Below are positions 14,101 to 27,815 of a stretch of 64,000 nucleotides of DNA, one piece after another (the stretch's first letter is position 1; the number at the start of each line of letters is the position of its first letter). The translations under genes and the position numbers were made by a program. The notes under the pieces were generated by a model. It was given only the letters and a program-made list of their open reading frames with translations, made no database searches and was not told the origin of the DNA. This DNA comes from Catajapyx aquilonaris (lineage: Eukaryota), in the NCBI GenBank assembly GCA_000934665.2, contig JYFJ02001796.1, positions 1 through 64,000 of the forward strand. The letters run 5' to 3'.

Positions 14101-16563
14101 CGCAAGTGTCAAATGGATAGGCTAAGTGGGCATGGGCTGCCTGGCTGCAAGATAGACGGGGCCTCGTGGCCAGCAGCCCCAGCCCTACTTGGCCCTCTTT
14201 GGGTGGTCCACTTTCCAACCTGTCGCTCAGGCAAGATGGGAGGCCCCTACAACCACGCGCCGTACCCCGTACCCTATCGTTGAGTGCATGATACCACCTA
14301 CTACCCCGGAATTAAACGGCACGAATCGGGCGGGTGACGCGCAACTGCATTACGTGTCAATATCCCAGCAAAACAGCACCAAACCCCGATTGATTCAAGG
14401 ACGGCAAATCACTATGCCAAAAACCGGATCGGCGTGGGCGGGAATTTAATGTGTAATTATACGGTACATGTGCCGGGATGGAAATGCGGCCGTGTAGTTA
14501 ATGAACGGTCTTTTTTTTCTAACATTTAAAGTTGTAAATGTTGCGAAGGGGAGTATTAATTTGGAGCTTTAATATACGCGTGTTCAGTTTTTTTTAAGGA
14601 ATTTGAAATTAAGGGCGCGTTTTTGAAGCGATGATGGCACCCCTTTTAGGCTGGTAATTAATAGCCAACAAGAATATGTCTGGTAAAGCCCCGTGTTGCT
14701 ATGCAGTACACCTACAGCAATTGCATTTACATATTTTAGTTCAACCACATTACACTTTGCAACAAGGCTTGTTCGGTGTATCCCCTGAGCGACGGAACCT
14801 GTTCTTATGATGGAGGCACTGGATGGCACTTGGCGCCTGTCTTCTCAGACCCAGCATTAGGCCCTAGTCCAAACTATGGCGCGCAGGGTGTAATTTGTAG
14901 TAATACTGGTTTACAGAGCCCGGCTCAAATGAGAAGAAATTGTTTTAAATAACAGGGCGACCGGGCAGGCTCCCCCATCCATCTACACCTCGGAGGCCGA
15001 TGTGATTGGCTTAAGTAATGAGCGCAGGATGGGGATGGGCCACAAAAATAAATAAGGAATATGGCAACAGTCGCTCGTTAGAAAGAATTGCTCGCGAATA
15101 TTCCTCATATAATGCACAGTGTGATATCCGCACACTCTGTGCTGGAATGTGATACGTGCTCGTGCTGGCGGCGGACCGAGGTGCAGATCGTATTATTAGC
15201 GTAAGTTGGGTGTTACTCGACCCCCTTATCAGGGCTCATTGTAATGAAGCTTCACCATAGCAATAAGCTGGGGCCCCCCTTGAATGGATCTCCTGAGATT
15301 CCATCATTACTGCATATTTCAGGGGGTGGGAAACGTGTCCGCGGCGAGCAAAAATTGCTTTTGACGCTCTTGTGGAAATTGAGCGGAAGGGAAGCCTCCA
15401 TTAGGCTTACTTTCGGCCAAGAAGTAATTAGTTACACTGGTTGGCATTTGAGGTTTCCTAACCGAGCTGTGGAGCAAGCTAGAAGATATATATTTTTTTC
15501 TCTTAAGACGAGGGAACGGGACGGCCTGGTTATAATTACCAATTTTGCGTGGCTCCACCATAAGGGGGTTGGACTGCACTAATGTCTTTCGAATTGAATT
15601 ACAAAATGATGCCACTGTCACGGAGTTCATTGCGCAAAAATCATTATTCGGGCTTAGGAGGAGTTATTAAATTCTTTGAAGATTTAATTCCGCGGCGGGG
15701 CAATGTCTGGCATGAAATGTCATCAATATTGTTTTTCTTCACCTTATATCCCAAACAAGTTTATGTCGACTGCCAGTAAAAACTTGCAAAGTTAGTTAAA
15801 CAGGCGCTAAAAAGCCTGACAAATTTGCTAGCATTCAACCGACATTCAAAACCACCTTTACAGTTTTTATAAAAAGGGCATAAAATAGTTAGGCTTCTAT
15901 GTGCATGAAATTTTGGATAGCGGCGGTAAATAAAGCTGGGAAGGAATTATTGAGCATTGAATATTTTAATGAGTTTGTAATCAAACTATGTCCGCCTGAA
16001 ACGAGCACATAATAAATAAAATTTTGACGATACAGTATTTGAATTTTGAGTCGACTGGCGTTAAAAATGCAGCGTTGAGTTGTGACCAGGGCTGACAAAG
16101 AGAGCCGAAAATATGAATAAAAAGCGCCTATAAGCGGTTTTGCTTTAATACAGGCTCGAATCTTAACAGGACAAGTCACGTTGGTAATTACGCAGAATAA
16201 AGAGAAATTAATGATGTGGTAGTTCTAGTCGGATGCCAGCAGGGTACAAGCCGAGAGCGGAACCCAGGCGGGGGTCGCTCAATAATTCAGCTTATTTGTA
16301 AAGATGGCGTAATTAATCCCTTCTTCTCTCCCCCACTACCCTCCCCACCCTTATTCCAACCAGCCCCTTTGGTCTTATGAAGCAGCGTGGTAACAGGGTA
16401 ATTTCTTGGGAGCAAGGCCAAACCGGCGGCGACTCATCTTCCGAGCTGTCCATATTTCTTCAATGCGATCGAAGCAGGAGTCACTCTTCTCAATTGCCTT
16501 TGAAGCCCTGGCATCTTGCCAACTTTGTCCTCCGGGGAGGGGATAAATGCGATAGGATATATA

Positions 16564-16599
16564 GAAGAAGAAGAAGAAGAAGACGACGACGACGAAGAA
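16564..16599. repeat. Compound trinucleotide microsatellite (GAA)6(GAC)4(GAA)2
   Basis: Read directly. It produces the poly-Arg end of spurious ORF 16377-16607. Confidence 0.9.
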
Positions 16600-17107
16600 G
16601 GGTATAGAGGAGGTGGGGAGGGTTGAGCCTGCTTAGAACAGGGTAATTTACCCTTCTTTTATTTTTTATCTGGACGGACTAAGGGGTTATTAGGATTCGA
16701 GCAGGTCTACTTTGGTAAGAAGGGAGAAGGAACACCCACATGTACAAATGGCTAATTGTTACTTTTAGAGCCCTAAAGATTTTCATCGTTACAACCGGCA
16801 GTAAAATCGATGAGACTTAGGGACGGCTAAAGGGGGAGGGGGGGGGGTTAGAAAAAAAGAGGTGATTTGGAAAGGTCGGAGAGGCCAGTGCGGAAGTATG
16901 CAAATGGCCAACAGATGCAGTGCAAACGTGTAAGACCTGTCAGGCTGGTCTAATAAACCTTCCCTTTAGAAAGGCCAGGCGGGAAAAAAAATTACTAGGG
17001 TAATATAGTGCATGGCATGCTTTGTACCAAATTTGCTCTTTAATTAGGTGCTGCAGTTCATTACCGTCGAAATCAAAATTATTGGTGTACGACATAGTGG
17101 GAAATGA

Positions 17108-17251
17108 AACAGCTCTTTAATACGCAAGTAGGGTAATTTATTGTACAATACACTATTATTTGTCTGACTTTCTCTGCTACCATCCAGTCGCAATTGGAAC
17201 AGCTCTTTAATTCGCAAGTAGGGTAATTTATTGCATAGTACACTATTATTT
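17108..17251. repeat. Local direct duplication, 54-bp unit at 90-bp period
   Basis: aacagctctttaatacgcaagtagggtaatttattgtacaatacactattattt (17108-17161) versus aacagctctttaattcgcaagtagggtaatttattgcatagtacactattattt (17198-17251). Four substitutions, no gaps. Confidence 0.92.
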
Positions 17252-18751
17252 CTTTAAAAGATACGACTCTGTAATTAATGGTATGCTTTGTGTAGACCAC
17301 TTTTCATTAGAGAGGTCGATCTAAATCAAAATGTACTTAGTGACCGGATTGTAAGAAATGGTTTTTGAATGCACTTCTTAACATCCCACGTGTGCTGGAA
17401 CACATGTTTCGCCTTCAAATGCAGAGCTATAAATACAGATTAGTATCAGCCAGCAGGAAGTTAGCCCAACAATTTTTTAACGTGAAGTTCAAATTCTAAC
17501 CACCGGGGGCATATTTTGTTACTGCATCAAATTCTAAGAAAGAACAGCTCTGCTCGTAATTAATATTTCGCCAAAACCAACTTGGAGGCCGCAAAGCTGC
17601 TCTGTCATCACGTGTTCTGGCACATGTTTGAATCCTCTCGAGCCTAGAAAATGGATTTAGAAGGGCGATAAGCAGGTAGACCCCTTGTCGAGAAGGCCAT
17701 AATTTGGCACTCAGTTTTGCGAGAGTCCAAGGGGGTAATGATACAGTGGTGGCGACGCCTTCTCTGGCACCAGCGAGGGTGGGCCTAACAAGAAGAGCCC
17801 CAGAAGCGCGGCCTCTTTTTACCTCGGCCGTCCCCTAATGGGCTTCCTTATTCTTCGCCTGTAATCCAGCTCGCTCCGCCTGCAATCAGCCGGTGCAGGT
17901 GAAAAATCGCTTCTAATGCGGTCGCTTTCGACCTCCCCTTTTCTTCCACTTCCACTTTTTTTCCTCCTTCTTCGGAGCTGGTGGTGTCTGAAGAAATGCA
18001 TACCCACTCGAAAAACCCTCTTGGCTGAGGTTGGGATTTGTCACGTTGGCCCTGTTTTTGTTCGAAGTGTGTGTGTGTCCTACACGCATCGACGGTTTGT
18101 TTGGTCGTACTTGGTACTGGTTGCTGTGGAAAGGAAGAAAAAATCCACTTGCTGGTGTAGGGTCGTTTGGAGTGACAGATGAGTCTCTTGGGTTGCATAG
18201 GCTGCAGGATGTGGTGTATGGCTCACAGTTCGCGGCTTTGACAAACATTGACAATATCAATTCTAAGTGTGCGCGAAACTCAGCATACCAGGAAAAACCC
18301 GGGAAAGACATACTATAGAGAGAGGCTTGCATAGCGTCAGGATGTGTCGGGCCAAACATTTTTTTCTTTTGATAGATTGTACTTTCTCACGAGTGTGATG
18401 GACCAAATCGTACAAAAAAATCACACTGTTGTTTTGTGTATCAAATTGTATTAAACCGGTTCTGTGTGTTTTAAAAGAACGAGGTTTTTTTTCGCATCTC
18501 GGTCATGAGAATAGCGAGTTAGGCGAAGTGTCTGTAAAATCACCTTCTAAGGGGCATAAGAAAGCCCACCCGGATTGATGCGAATAAAGAAACGCATCTT
18601 AGGCGAATTCGATTCAAATATGGAAGAAACAGGCACATATGCCAAATAAAATTCAAGGAGTAGCCTGAGTGTTTCAAAATATATTTTTTAAACACCAACA
18701 AAATTTATCAATATTGAAAAAATGATACTACAGTATAGTGGGCTGTGTCTG

Positions 18752-19036
18752 CATGAGGTCCAGTTCTGATGGCCCAAGTCAATACCCTGTATCTCGGCTT
18801 TTTGTCATTTCGAGATAATTATTCGCGGTTGAAGTTTTTTGTTTCCATTATCGTATAATTATTATGGAAGTGCATGATTTCAATTGGCCATAACTTTGCA
18901 AGGGTTGGTCCTACAGTTACGGGCTTTGTGCCAAAAGGTGTGGCTTGCAAAGAGGGGAGCAATGGTGCATTTATCTCATATTAAGTGATTTTCGAAGATA
19001 CGGGGTTTTAACTTGTTCCGTCAGAGTTTACTCATG
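18752..19036. mobile_element. Decayed MITE / non-autonomous DNA transposon with long imperfect inverted repeats
   Basis: Left arm catgaggtccagttctgatggcccaagtcaataccctgtatct aligns with the reverse complement of the right arm, catgagtaaactctgacggaacaagttaaaaccccgtatct (about 32/43 by eye). gagataa (18812) and ttatctc (18971) also pair in register. No ORF inside. True termini and target-site duplication are not resolved. Confidence 0.7.
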
Positions 19037-21250
19037 GCCGTGTAAATGACCCCCCACAGACTTGTCACGACTGGTATGTCTGTGTGTACACACAAATTAG
19101 AATGACGGATCAAGTCTGTAACAAGTCAGAGCAGATTATACGTCTAATTTGGGGCACTATGTTTGGTCCTTAATGAACATTACTTTGTAAAGTATTGGAT
19201 TTCCGCTGCGCTCTAAGTTATATATACTTATGCTTTGACTTCAGTTTGCCGAGATACACTGTAACGTTTGACCGGAGATTCGCCATCTGAACTCACCTCC
19301 GGGACCGGATTTTGTGCAGCAGGCTACATAAGTTCTTTTGAAACCAAGAAGAGAAAAACTTTTGTCTCAGAATCCCCCGCGAAGGTGATCGCTAATGAGC
19401 AGAAAGTACAAAGTCCCTGCGCGTCGCACAGCCGTACTTAGAGGACACAAACACATGAACATGGCCCCGTAATTAGCAGTTGCCAAACAAAGTCGTTTAA
19501 ACTTCGCTTAATTAATTGGAATTAGTGTCAGAGGAAACCGCAAAGACAGGGCCTTTGGTAATTATGACTTAGCTGGTGAGACGAGCCGGCAGTCGCGACT
19601 TGGCTCGCATCCCAGGCAACCCAACAGTTCGTCAAACCTCAGCACCAAAGGCGGGGAGTGGTTTTCATTACGGACCCTGATGAGATCCGGAAGTAAACGA
19701 ATCTTCTTCTTCTTCTTCCTCTGTGAGACAATACGATCCCGTGAGATGCAGCACCATCAGCAGAAGGCGCATTATGAAAATTGGCAAGTTTATTGCCAGG
19801 AATTGCGCTGCAAATGGGCATGTGTTTAAACTCAGCGGTGGAAAGGTCCGCACTGGCTGGCGTTGTAAGTTATACATCTTGTTTCGCTTTGATGCCTCAC
19901 TTTGCGGTCGCTGAGGTGCCGCCGCCGGTTTCTGAGAGCATTACGGAGTTGCAAGCAATATGGAGCAAGCAGCTCAGAGGCAGCCACCTGTGGATTTCTT
20001 TGCGGTGTGTACTGTACACATCTCCGGATAGGGGAATGCAGCAGCACAGCAGAACCGCCTTTCACCCAACGCCAATGCGAAATGTACCGGTATGCACTGT
20101 CCACTTGGAATAAGTGTACTCCCCGGGGTCTCTCTCTATCTATCTCTCTCTCATAACGATATTTTGAGTGCCCATGGCAGCAGGTGAGGGCCACCCTATA
20201 CTAGCTCTTCCTTGGCCCAGGTGATCTCTCCTCCAACTCCACTCGACTATAAAACCGGACGGGTGACTGTATTTCAATTTATTGCCGAACGTGTGAGACG
20301 GCCGGGTGTTGGACGATAAAATTTTTATAGGTTTCTTGCCTGAATGAGGGGTTAAGGAGCCGGGGGTTATTAGGGGGAAGCCTTTTGTGTGGTGCCCCTT
20401 TGATGAGCAAGCACAAGCACCGCCCAAAGCTTGCTCCAAAGGACCTCAGGAATTTTTACCTCTTCAACTATTTATAGTGCGTTTCCCCCCTTCTCACTTC
20501 CATAATGTTATGTAATGGTTATCACCCTCCATTTCAGGACGCAACGATATGTAGATCTACGTGTAATGGACCCTTAGCACAAAATATGTGAACGTTTTAC
20601 GCTTGGCTGCTAATGGTAAAAGTTTTTATTCAAATTCAACACATCACTTTGTTGAATATACACTTGATTGGGTTTTCTGGCACTATAAAGATGCAGTTAG
20701 GTCTAAGGTCTGCACATAATTATACAGTTTGTGCACTAGTCATTCCGTCCAGAAAAGTCGATATAGGACAGAAATGTTACTCAAAACATTGTCATTATTA
20801 TTTCTTTATTTCATTACTATATTCCTTCCATTTGTTCAGATGTTATCCTCTTAACGTCAGTAACCTTCCACTCTAATTTCACGGAGAGTTTTTTCACGCA
20901 CTCTCGAAATTTACCATCCATTTTTCATGATTCAACAGGTATTGGGGAAGATGTCAAATTATGTACGCCCCAACTTAAAAGCGTTGGGCCATCTTGCCTT
21001 GGGAAAATGCGGAAAATGAGACCATAAATTATAACTGCATGTTTATTACCTCGACGATGCGCATCAGGTTAGTGCAAGACAAGAGCCCTCTCCAAAACTC
21101 GCCACGATAAAAAAAAAATAACTCTCAGTGGGCACCACATTTTTGGAATGTTCGTTTATATTGCCAACGAACTTTGTTTAGGCCTACTCTAAAAATATCT
21201 TTGAGTGATTCTCGGCCAAGTGCGAGTGATTTCATGAAGAAAATTAATTG

Positions 21251-21430
21251 AAATCTATCATAATTTGAGCGAATTGCTGCTATGAAAGGCTTCAAGGAGC
21301 ATATTATGCATAAGTGGACATCAGCAGACTGTATGATGAAACAAGTGGCGAAATGCAAAACGCTAAGAGGAGACTCTTGTAGAATTGAATCGGAGTGGGC
21401 GGATGGGTTCAGTATAAGCAAAGGGAACGG
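21251..21430 (-). pseudogene. Possible fossil pogo/Tigger-family DDE transposase fragment
   Basis: The translation PFPLLILNPSAH...LSVLHFATCFIIQSADVHLCIICSLKPFIAAIR follows the order and much of the spacing of the DDE_1 motifs LLxxD..xH / LPxxTxxxxQPxD / xxK. Matched by eye only. Confidence 0.3.
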
Positions 21431-24400
21431 GCTACCAATTTGGGCAGCATGAGCATTGGCTTGCAATGAGACTTGTTGGCCACTTTCCAGCCCAGCCAGG
21501 GTCCCCGAAGCGGCAAAAGCATTCCCGTGAATGCACAATGGATGGGAGGAAGACTTGCTCCAACATTTCGAGTCTCAGGTGCAAAATTACCATCCTACTG
21601 TTATGTAAACGAATTAGAGCCTCGTCTGGAAACCGGATTATGAGGAGTTTGTGCCGCAGCGCCCAGAAGCGCGAGGAAACGAAAAGACTTGATTATCCCG
21701 ACAAAGCTCCCCACCCACGATGCTATTCACGTCGTCTTGCGTCGCTGGACCTTTGTGTAGAAACCTTCAAAAAGTAAAAAATTTTGGTCCAGCCCCTCCA
21801 GCAAGTAGTGACTTACACATACCCGACCCTTCAAAAACCGAATTGATTCACGCCCGCTACTTGTTGTGCCGTGTTGAATACCAGGCATAAAATGGCTGCC
21901 AGACTATTTACGATACGTTTAGGACCGTAAATTTCCCCCCAGGCAAAAAGGGCTTGCTCCACTATAAAGTGTTGGCTTTTAGGCCTACCTCTTAAATAGT
22001 ATCAGGCAGAAGAGCTCGTTAGCCTGTGATGGCGACACGGGTAAATTAGGGCACAAAAAGGGCTCCGGGTCCGTAATGAGGCTACAGTTGTCACGTTGCG
22101 CTCCCCGAAATGGATGGAGTCGTTTTATTTCGCCACAACTGTTTGAGAACACCTCGTGTTGAGCACACTCGAGCGTTTCAAGGAAGATTAACTAAGGAAT
22201 GTTGCGTCCCCGCCGAATTGAAACTTGTGAGCCTACGTGGAATGGATGTTATTTTTTTTAAAGGGCGTAAAAAAAATAATCTCCGGTGATGAAGTGTCGT
22301 TTTGGCTGGCAACAAGTTTAGTAATGAGTCGTGGGGTTGACCACCCTCGGCTCGAGGGTAACAAAAGCGTCCGAAGTGTCCAACAAAGAGTGGTCGGCGC
22401 CACACTGGTACCACCCAACGAGAATATGACCACGTGAACATGGGCTTCTCTTTTCTCTCGGGGTTGATGGTTGCAGCGACCCCAAGATCTCTCTATATGG
22501 AGTCTCTCAGTGGGGACTGGGCTCCCTGGTGGGCACCTCGGCCCAAGAATCACTCCTTGCATGTATCATTCTCAAGAGGGGGAAAAAGAAATGCGATTTG
22601 ATGCCAGGACCAGCAGGAAAGCTTAATTGAAAACATTAGCGTCGGGCCACCAAGCAGTTCGTGGCGGAAACAAGGAGTTGGCTGGAGGAAGGGTTTTCTG
22701 CTGGTATGCCAGTTAGATAGGAATCACTTGGAGCTGTGTTTTTCCAGCGTGTCCGCCCCAAAGTCACGACGGAAGTTTTCGGGGTCCTGCGAATAAGAAG
22801 GGGCGGGAATATAACTGGAAGGTGGGATGAGCAGCAGATTCCAAAGAACAAGGTGTTTGCCTCGGGGTGTTCCGTTTTATCCATTACACGCCTGGAAATT
22901 TATACTCGCACTCGCACGTGCAACGTGATTTTGCGTGTATATTCCGCGCAGGGAGGGATGGGTCACAGGTCGCCGACTCTTAAATGGCTGCTTCTGACAA
23001 GATCAGGCCAAGACGCCGGTCGCGGCGTTAATTAAAACCCGGGTTTTAATGTCCGGTCGGAAGATGTGTCGTCCTTTGATGAGCTTCAGGTAGGGCAAAG
23101 TAAAGCAGCGTGAAAGTAGTTTGGTAGCGTCGGCTCCTTTGTCCTCCTCCGGAGAAGCATCTGCTGGTGGCAGCATTTGGCCGAGTCCGTCATCTTTGTG
23201 GCGGCCCGGGAGGAAAATGAGGGTTGGAGCATGCAACAAGCAGCTATTTTGATGCCTGGAGGTTTCCAAGGAGAATCAATCAGACGTGGAAACGTGGCTA
23301 TATAGCGTGGTAAGGGAAAACAATAGCTTTGCTCCGAATGCTAATCTGCGGGATGAGTAATTGCACAAGCCGGGCTTTATGTGTCGCTCTGTGATGATGA
23401 CTGTGGAAGGGTTTTCTTCCCTCCCATCTCACGCCCCCAGCCAGAGGGGGACCGTGTATCCTGACCGAAAATAACAGGCCCCAAAATGCAGAGGTTTGAG
23501 GGCAAGAAAATATACAGGGGGTGCCAGGATGTTGCTCAACCATTTGGAGAAATGCAGATCGGATGATATCACTCAATATTTACCAAAGTGTGACTCATTT
23601 TTCTGCATTTCATATGCCAACAGTGGATGTAGCCAGCTGTAATTCGGCGGGTAAGTGCATATCTGTGAGCATCGATTTCGTGCGTCGAAATCTTCGGGGA
23701 TTCAGACAATTCGTGAATCCACGTGGGGGCCATCTTGCAGCTTTGAATATATTTTATGACTCACCCTGTGGACGTGAAGGGGGTGGTCTTGAAAACAGCT
23801 AGGTATAGGGGCATGGGCGAGAGGATGATTGGCATAAACGGCCGTGGCCATGGCTCGTGACCTGCCCCAGGCACTGCTCTTTCATATCGTGCACTCCGAT
23901 TTTTTATTGGCCTTGCCCTTGTTTTTTATCAATTTAGCCCTGCCAAGTGAGCCTATAAGAGCGAGTTGGTGAGCAGTAATTTCTTTTGATGCCCAGGACC
24001 TGGAGGATGCTCGAGTAAGCCGGGGCTAGGAAAAGGTGAAGTGTTCTTCACCCTGAATTAGACACTCGGGTGGAGACAACGCGGCAAAAGATTGCCGGTG
24101 TCGAGAAAAGTTGTGGCTGTAGTACCTGAGCTTTTGAGAGAAGGAATCTGGGAGTCTGCATCTGAGCGTGCAGGTGGTTAATAGCCCCCCCAATGAAAGT
24201 CGGTGGACACCCTAGGGAAGCACAAAGGTGCAGGCGGAGAAGCCTCAGCGTGAATGGCCCAATGGGATCGCTAAATTCATTAATGGAAAGGGAGGAAAGG
24301 GCTAGTCTCCGGGTTGCCAGAATCAATCACATTTCGCTACTGCTTCCTCCCCACCTTTATTTCCGGTGTACTGAGGTTTGGGGGAAAGGAAATCCGGGCC

Positions 24401-27400
24401 TAAAGACTCCGCTGGGAAATCGCGGGCCCTCTGGATGTGATCGTAAAACGCTGCGTTAATTGCAAACCGCCCGAAAGGTGCACAAGTGCTGCGTCTACAA
24501 TGAATTCCATTTTAATTAACCGCCAGAGGTAAAACTATACGCCGTTCAAAGTTCATCCGAGTCTATTCTATATACACGGGATTTTTCAGGGAATTCTACG
24601 TCAAACAGAGCGGTTTCGGGTCTTACAATATATTAATGTAAGGCTATATGCACACAGGAGAATGAACTTGCTTTCCTGTCTGAATCATTATGACACACCA
24701 TGTCGGAACATGTGGGCAATGGCCGTGCTAACATACATTTATTTACCATCCAGTGCCGCTGCTCCTAATGGCCATTGGCAACGGTCGTAATGAAATTTTG
24801 ATACGACATCAGCGCTTTAACCCGAGGTCATCGTGACAAGAAGTGAGTGTGAACCCGGTCGCATTTTGCAAATGTGAAAAATTGTGAGTCTCCATCGCGT
24901 TAGGAGCAAAAGAAGACTATAGGCCTGTAGGGGTGGCGGGTACAAAAGCCTCCGCCCCCCAGTGATAGAAATCCAGCAGTGCGCAAAAAAAGAGAAAGAG
25001 CAGTGATCGGAAGGCTGGTAAAGAGCATGAAAAGGCGCAAGACTAATATCCCTTTTTGTGGCGCGGCGGTGAGTAGAGGACTGATAAATGAGGCCCGGCC
25101 CATGATAGATCGTCTGACCCTTCTAATGCCCTTTTTGCCCCGATGGAACGGGAGACAAAACCGTGGAGGTGGACGAGCAGAGCCCAGTGTCGTCTATCAT
25201 GGGGACAGCTGTTTGATTGGCCCGTGCGAGCCACCTAATTGCAGTGTCAGAAGAATGATTAAAACTGGCTTAGCCCCGGATCAGACCCGGATTTCGCTCC
25301 GTCTCGCTTGCCCGCTGAGGAACGCACAAACATGGACTATTGAAAGCCATCGTAATGACTGCCGGAATGGGGCCTGGCCTCCTACTCTTCCCAATCACAA
25401 GAGTTGCCCATCTCTTTTTATGAGGCGTTTCATGAGCCAGTGAAAGATCTCTTGTTGACAAGACCTAAATGAAAGGAGGAAAAATTGCTATGCATTAACT
25501 CCAACCCCGGGGGGAATAGCGGCTGCCCATATATTACCATTTCTTTACGCACCATAGGTGGCGGTCCCGTAATATAATTTTTGAGTCGCGGGAGGCGTCA
25601 CTAAAGTCGACTTTGATTTTTTGGGGGTAGTTATATTGATAGACGCCCGGTGCTGGAATAGGTGCCGCTTTTTTCCAGTACTCTTTTATTTTAAAGTTAG
25701 CTTTTCTAAGAAAAACAAATTACTTTTTCTGCATAATGATTATTTAGAAATTTCTCCGATGATAGTTATGTAGACATTGTAGAGCATACAGCCCGGTCAA
25801 TAAGACTGACACACACAAACACACACAGAATTAATTTTGACACTTACTCAAATTTGGAACGCCATTGAGATATTGTATCATTGGACCTGAGCACATGGAA
25901 ATTGATTGAATCGACGTCTCATAATAATTCACTTGTGTATAATCTCCCACTAGTGGTTTAAAGGTATATCTAATGAAATCAGTGGTTGCACAATATGTGC
26001 GCAGTGCTGGGGGGGGGGGGGNGGTTTGACTATTAATATTATGAAATGGAGAACTAGCTATATGCAGGGGTATACACACACACGCACTGCACAAGGAAGC
26101 GTCCGTCGTCAGCAGCACTTGCCATCACGAGAAGGGGCGTCGTTGTCGTCGTCGATGTCCCAAAGAAAGATGGTGGGGAGTTTCCTAGGAAAAAGAAACA
26201 AACGAAGCGCAACCTGGCGCTTGTCGATATCCCCGGATTGTGGATTTCATTATGCGGTCGTGCCTCCTGTTCCGGTACCGTAAACTACGTAGGAAATGCA
26301 TTTGGGCGGGTCATTGTGAGGCCCGGAAGAGTAATGCGAGCTTATGCACGGGGAACCCATTCACATCATTCTCCCCCTCCGCAGGGTGCCAATGGAACAA
26401 GACTGCGGACAAAGGAAGAGGAATTGAACTGCATTTCCACCCTGTGTAAAGTGTGATTCTAGTGTAGAGGGTGGGTGTGGGTGGGTGGAGACGTGAAAAA
26501 TCGGGCTCGTTTCCGGCGCTGCACACACCCACTTCCCACACTTAGTGCAGCGCACTTTTGTCTTGCCCCCAACATGATGAACGCATTCCCACGAGTTGGC
26601 CGCGACCGTGCATTTCTCTTCCTTGAGATGATGGCGCCCGCTCGGGCTGGGAGACATTGCTGCCGCTCATGATGCTGCGGACTATATATAAATGTGCCGT
26701 GGGGTCCAGGAGACACACAGCACGGCTGCTGCTCTTGATATGTGCTGGGACAGAATTTGGGGGGAAGGTAGAAGTAAATTATTCCTATAATATATTTCTC
26801 ATCTGCGCTGAGGGTGCGACACTGGACCTATGTCATCTCGATACCTGTCGTGGAACCTTTCTGAATGGGCGGACCTGAAATCATTACATTAAATGCGGTA
26901 TATTAGCTGCAAAAAAAATCATCCCAGCTGATGTTGATTTTTTGGGGATTATTTTCGTGCAAAGTGCTGTTTATTGGCATCCTGTAACCCTCCACGTAAA
27001 ACGCACACATTTCTTATATAAAAAACGTGCTGCTGGATGAAACACCAAATTTCCCGCTCCTTTTAAAACCAACATAACAAAATTTTACAGCAATGCATGG
27101 AACACAGTATTGTTTCCCCGCACATTCTCCAACGACTCGACACTGGGATTATATTTACAAATCTAGCATTTACATTTTAAAGAACTTGCATTATTCCCTG
27201 GCTCACTGCATGCAGCATGAAACCTGAACTGTAATTTTATTGTTGTAATTGCTAAACTTTATAGCAAATCGATCAAAATAATGCTGAATGGATGGTGTTA
27301 TGCTGGACTACGCCAACCAACTATTCTGGTGTGTGAGGCACAACTGTAGTCAAACTTTACATATCGATTCAAATAAGGGCTGTATTTCCTTGCAGTTAAA

Positions 27401-27815
27401 TTATTATATGAGGAATTACTTCTAGTTAATAGCGAAAGACATTGCATCACATTCCGCACATTACTTTTGCTTAATGATGCGGCTGTAATTGGGTTGTAAC
27501 TGTTAAATTATAGGCTACTGATCAAGTTCATATACTTTTTTGATGGGTGAATTTTTCAGGTTAACTGAGGGAAACTAATTGGTTTGTCATGAAGGTTCAA
27601 CATACGAGTTAATTAAGCATTTATTTGTCCTTCATATTTCAAAACATATCGGAATTTATATGACTGTCTTCTGCCCCTTTACAATGTCCGTTTTTTGTTA
27701 AATCCCGAGAGACCTTGAACTAAAATTCCAATAAAAGGCCGCTCATTACTGATTCTTCCCCTACCAACCCACCTATGACACCCAAGGTTGTGTCGAAAAT
27801 GACAATTGTTGTATA

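Noticed and set aside
17108..17251. Repeat-spacer-repeat layout resembling a minimal CRISPR array
   Set aside because: There are only two copies, the 54-bp unit is non-palindromic and diverged, no cas genes are present, and the context is eukaryote-like.
27706..27719. 14-mer cgagagaccttgaa also present at 56249
   Set aside because: The flanks do not align, and a few shared 14-mers are expected by chance in 64 kb.
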